From an uncultured Gemmatimonadales bacterium (GTDB taxonomy: Bacteria > Gemmatimonadota > Gemmatimonadetes > Gemmatimonadales > Gemmatimonadaceae): a stretch of DNA of 64,000 nucleotides. The notes under the pieces were generated by a model. The model saw only the letters and a list, made by a program, of their open reading frames with translations, did not search any database and was not told where the DNA came from. The translations under genes were made by a program, and so were the position numbers. Shown here one piece after another: positions 60,808-64,000 of the stretch. Every line of letters begins with the position of its first letter. Within the stretch, counting starts at the first letter, position 1. The DNA is taken from contig CAVPQB010000006.1 in NCBI GenBank assembly GCA_963707505.1, positions 640,001 through 704,000 on the forward strand, in the 5' to 3' direction.

Positions 60808-62913
60808 TCAACTGCAGAAAAAGAGATTGCACATCCATACCGTACGCACGCTAGGGTCATAGCCGTTTCGTTGCGGTATTGCTCCCCACGACCACTGGAC
60901 CGGGACCGGGTCGAATGGTCCGCGTAGCCCTGCGAACTTGCTGCGCTCATCCGGTGTGATGTTGGGGGAATAATATCCAGGTATTGGCTGGCAGCCTGGT
61001 GGCCCTGTGTTTGCCGGCGACGCTCCCGATGTTGCAGCGGGTGCTGTCGCTGCCGATGAGGCCGACGCTGTTGTCGGCGATCCAGTCACACTATATATAC
61101 ACGCACTGTTATAACTGGCAGGCTTCTCCATACAGTACATCAAGTAGTCAATGCCGTCAGCTGGGATGAAGGTGTTGTCTGCCCGGGTCACCGTGCAATC
61201 GCGTATTGCGGTCGCGACCGTAGCGTGCGTGAATGCGACGTTGTCGCTGTAGTACTGGTAGCCGGGTCCGCTGCGGTACACCGTCCGCTGCCCCGTACCG
61301 TCGCCCAGGTGCAGTAGCGTCGACGCGATCGCGCCTTCCGTGCTGGGGCCGATTGGCGTAAAGCCCGTGCCGACTGGCGGTCCGGCGAAATCACCGTTGT
61401 TGAACTCCGGATACAGAGTGTCACCGAGCGTGGCACCCCAGAGAGCAACAGCCTGGTAATCGGCGACTCCTTCGCGTAAGGCGCATTGGTAATTCGTCAC
61501 CAAGGTGTAACTGTGGTGCGCGCAAGAGTATTGGTTGGCATTGGCGTCCGTGATGCGTATCCGTCCCAGAGCCTTCTCGTGGACAGCGTGCCCATATTCG
61601 TGTGCAGCTACAAAGAGGCCGTACGAGCCCGTGGCGTAGCCCTCGTGGATCGTGATCGAGTCGGTGCGTGGATCATAGTTGGCCAGAGTAGTGTCCTGTG
61701 GTCCGTCGACGAAATTGACACCAATCGCGCCTCTCGAAACCGCGAACACCTGCCGCGACCTGCTCACAGTCTGGCTCAAGTTGTCGAAGGTCTCTGCCTG
61801 CGATGGGGCGCCGACCCAGTAACCCCCGGTATATGTCCCGCACATGTCAACGGCAGCATTGGCTTGGTCGGGCCAGTAACCAAGATCCGCTTGCGGCATC
61901 GAGGGCCGGTTCGTTACCAGCACTGTCACAACCAAGTTGGTGGTGCTTGCCGACATCTGGAGATAGCCGCGCTCGTACGAAGGCGGGCAGTTCAACGTGA
62001 AGTTGCCGTTGGCGTCGGTCTGTGTCACCGAATTGAACCCGCTCCCTCGCGTGTCGAATATCCCGACCTGCGCGTTGGGAAGGCTCACGGAGTAGCCGGC
62101 GCGGGCGTTGTAGTACATGAGCGTCCCCGAGAATTGCGAGGGTGACGGGCCTGGTGGCGGTGGCGGGTCGCAGGTCGGGTCGTTCGGATCGCAGATTGGA
62201 ATCAGTGCCGGCTGCGCTGAGAGGCCAGCCGCAGCAGATGGAGCTGCTGCGTACTGAAGCACCGGGTCGACCGTCTTGTTGGCCTTCCGAAAGACTTGAA
62301 GATCACCGAGCGAGTTGATCACCTCACCACCGGTACTCGTCACATTTACCCATACGACCTTCGTAGCCGCGGTGTTCTGTATCATGCCATCGGCATCGAT
62401 TTCGGGGTCGTCGCTGGTGACTGATGCGCGCACGTAGTACAGCCCAGGCACAGGGAACGTCACACTCACAGCCCGTCGAACCTGCCTCGGTCCCTGCTGT
62501 GCTGCGCCGCGCCAGGACAGCTGCACACCTGGATTACGCCGCGCGGAGCTATGCATTCCGTGCGTCGAGCGATAGGCAATCTCGGTGATCGCTGGCACCT
62601 CGAGCTCGGCATGCGCACGCGTGGTCGAGATGTTCACATCGGCTGATACTTCAAGCGTGACCGGCGTTCCAACCCGAACGGCAGAGACCGCGTTGACACT
62701 GATCGGGCCGAACCGTTGTCGGACCGGCGGCTCGATGATGATACCTGCTTGTACCTGCGCGGCGGGGGAGATCGCGAGGTCAGCGCGCGCTCCGGGCACG
62801 TTGTTCGGAGCAACTGGAGAATCTTTCGAGCAGCTAGCTATCAGAACGCCCGCGATTATGGCAATCCCAGCTAGAGGCAGGCGGGTCAAGCATTTCCCAA
62901 ATATGCTTCGCAT
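60808..62913 (-). CDS. Lipoprotein zinc metalloprotease (gluzincin-like)
   Basis: GGAG RBS, lipobox IASC, Pro linker, AAHEYGHAVH with downstream EGVADY. Confidence 0.7.
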   Translation of the reverse strand: MRSIFGKCLTRLPLAGIAIIAGVLIASCSKDSPVAPNNVPGARADLAISPAAQVQAGIIIEPPVRQRFGPISVNAVSAVRVGTPVTLEVSADVNISTTRAHAELEVPAITEIAYRSTHGMHSSARRNPGVQLSWRGAAQQGPRQVRRAVSVTFPVPGLYYVRASVTSDDPEIDADGMIQNTAATKVVWVNVTSTGGEVINSLGDLQVFRKANKTVDPVLQYAAAPSAAAGLSAQPALIPICDPNDPTCDPPPPPGPSPSQFSGTLMYYNARAGYSVSLPNAQVGIFDTRGSGFNSVTQTDANGNFTLNCPPSYERGYLQMSASTTNLVVTVLVTNRPSMPQADLGYWPDQANAAVDMCGTYTGGYWVGAPSQAETFDNLSQTVSRSRQVFAVSRGAIGVNFVDGPQDTTLANYDPRTDSITIHEGYATGSYGLFVAAHEYGHAVHEKALGRIRITDANANQYSCAHHSYTLVTNYQCALREGVADYQAVALWGATLGDTLYPEFNNGDFAGPPVGTGFTPIGPSTEGAIASTLLHLGDGTGQRTVYRSGPGYQYYSDNVAFTHATVATAIRDCTVTRADNTFIPADGIDYLMYCMEKPASYNSACIYSVTGSPTTASASSAATAPAATSGASPANTGPPGCQPIPGYYSPNITPDERSKFAGLRGPFDPVPVQWSWGAIPQRNGYDPSVRTVWMCNLFFCS

Positions 62914-62971
62914 TACAGAACTCCGCGTCCAGGGTGGTTGATTAACTACTCCATCAACGACAACCGCAGCT

Positions 62972-63003
62972 TCGGATGATTCTCTACGCTCGGATGATTC
63001 TCT
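62972..63003. repeat. 14-bp perfect direct repeat (period 18)
   Basis: TCGGATGATTCTCT at 62972 and 62990, about 60 nt upstream of the protease ATG. Confidence 0.75.
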
Positions 63004-63466
63004 CTTGCGCCAGACAGTAAACAGAGCCCGCAGAGCACGAGTTCGGTTCTGGAAGGTCCCCCCAAACGCGAAAATGCGCCAGACAGGGTGTCTGCGCAAG
63101 ATGGCGTCGGGATTGGTTGGTAAACGCTTGAATAGCGCCGGCATTCAGAGCAAAAATGTTCGAGGCTCAACGCGCAAACTTTCCGCGGACGATCCGGGGA
63201 AGTTTGGAAGGCATCCTCATCATCCACGTCGCCATTCTCGGATTACAGAATTGTGGAGATGCGCCAGAGTGCTTGCGACTTTCGCATGGCGCGAGTCGAA
63301 GTCATTGCGAATGGTCGGTTCTTGGCCAAAGACGATGCGAACAACAGGCTCTGCGCGTACGCACGCGTCGTTCAGCCCGTCGCAGTGCCTTTGGCTGTAG
63401 TCGCAGCAACTTAGACCAATTCGCATCCTCTTTGTCATCCGACACCCCCGTAAACATCTGCCGCAA

Positions 63467-63504
63467 GCAAGTGCCCACTTGCAGAAATGAACACGCGTCC
63501 ATTT
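63467..63504. promoter_or_regulatory. Two adjacent palindromes, candidate TetR operators
   Basis: GCAAGTG-cc-CACTTGC (63467-63482) and AAATGAAC-acgc-GTCCATTT (63485-63504) directly before the TetR ATG. Confidence 0.6.
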
Positions 63505-63515
63505 AATTCTTCCCC

Positions 63516-64000
63516 ATGGAAAGGCGCGAAGAACTCCTCCGGGCTGCCGCCCGAGTCTATGCTCGGCACGGATACCGGGGCTCGACCACCCGACGCATCG
63601 CCGACGAGGCGGGGGTCAATGAGATAACCATTTTCCGGCAATTCGGGACCAAGGATACGCTCATCCATGAGGCCATCGCCTCGTCGGGGATGAGTGGTCC
63701 GCTAGTCGAGCTTCCCAAAGTGCCGGTTGATCCCCAACGTGAGCTGCAGGAATGGGCGGCTGCGCTCCGCTCTCATATATGTGCCTCCCGTTCACTCATG
63801 CGACGCTGCATGAGCGAGCGCGAGGAACACCCCCAGTTGAGCGCTTCAGCCAATCGTGGTCCGATGCGTGCGGCGGCCGCTCTGCAGGCATACTTCGGAC
63901 GGCTTCAGCAGCACGGCTTCATCAAGGGCGACGTCAATGCCCGTGCGGCGGCGGCGATGTTGATCGGTACGATCTTTTCCGATGCAATGGGCCGAGATGT
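63516..64000 (+). CDS. TetR/AcrR-family regulator (3' end outside window)
   Basis: Translated by hand from ATG 63516: MERREELLRAAARVYARHGYRGSTTRRIADEAGVNEITIFRQFGTKDTL; absent from the ORF track because no stop is in the window. Confidence 0.92.
   Translation, partial: MERREELLRAAARVYARHGYRGSTTRRIADEAGVNEITIFRQFGTKDTLIHEAIASSGMSGPLVELPKVPVDPQRELQEWAAALRSHICASRSLMRRCMSEREEHPQLSASANRGPMRAAAALQAYFGRLQQHGFIKGDVNARAAAAMLIGTIFSDAMGRD

Noticed and set aside
62914..63144. N-terminal extension of the protease ORF (also extensions at 15298, 21660, 26365, 8575, 54707)
   Set aside because: Downstream starts give a proper signal peptide and/or RBS or overlap coupling; extensions run through promoter DNA or neighbouring genes

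Overview
GC-rich bacterial chromosome segment, most likely Gemmatimonadota (inference from a SusC/SusD pair in a high-GC genome, many lipoproteins with a C-x(n)-PTAP start, GAFTDA-type sigma54 activator). No rRNA, tRNA, CRISPR array, integrase or transposase was seen. The backbone is peptide scavenging and envelope functions: M28 x2, M61, S10, M1 and S9 peptidases, an amidohydrolase, SusC/SusD, a TonB receptor, an RND efflux triad, split DsbD, a TolB-like protein, hrpB, yajQ and a type IV pilin. Four loci stand out. (1) 23.5-29.8 kb: a five-gene operon (lipoprotein, TPR, sensor-less sigma54 activator, TPR-HD-GYP, orphan peptide-binding protein) behind a palindrome/IHF-like/-24/-12 promoter; a candidate peptide-sensing c-di-GMP and sigma54 circuit. 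(2) 32.6-36.2 kb: a 62-aa lipopeptide, AraC-like, TPR, AraC-like cassette with shared 16-bp direct repeats; a candidate peptide-signal system. (3) 56.4-58.0 kb: a Rox-like flavin monooxygenase preceded by a palindrome resembling the actinobacterial rifamycin-associated element. (4) 48.3-50.2 kb: a Cys/His-rich ORF ending in PEPPPPKA upstream of a His/Met-rich outer-membrane protein, resembling copper-responsive stalling leaders. The amidohydrolase and susC genes are multiply frameshifted, probably from consensus errors. All family calls come from motif recognition by eye; no searches were run.
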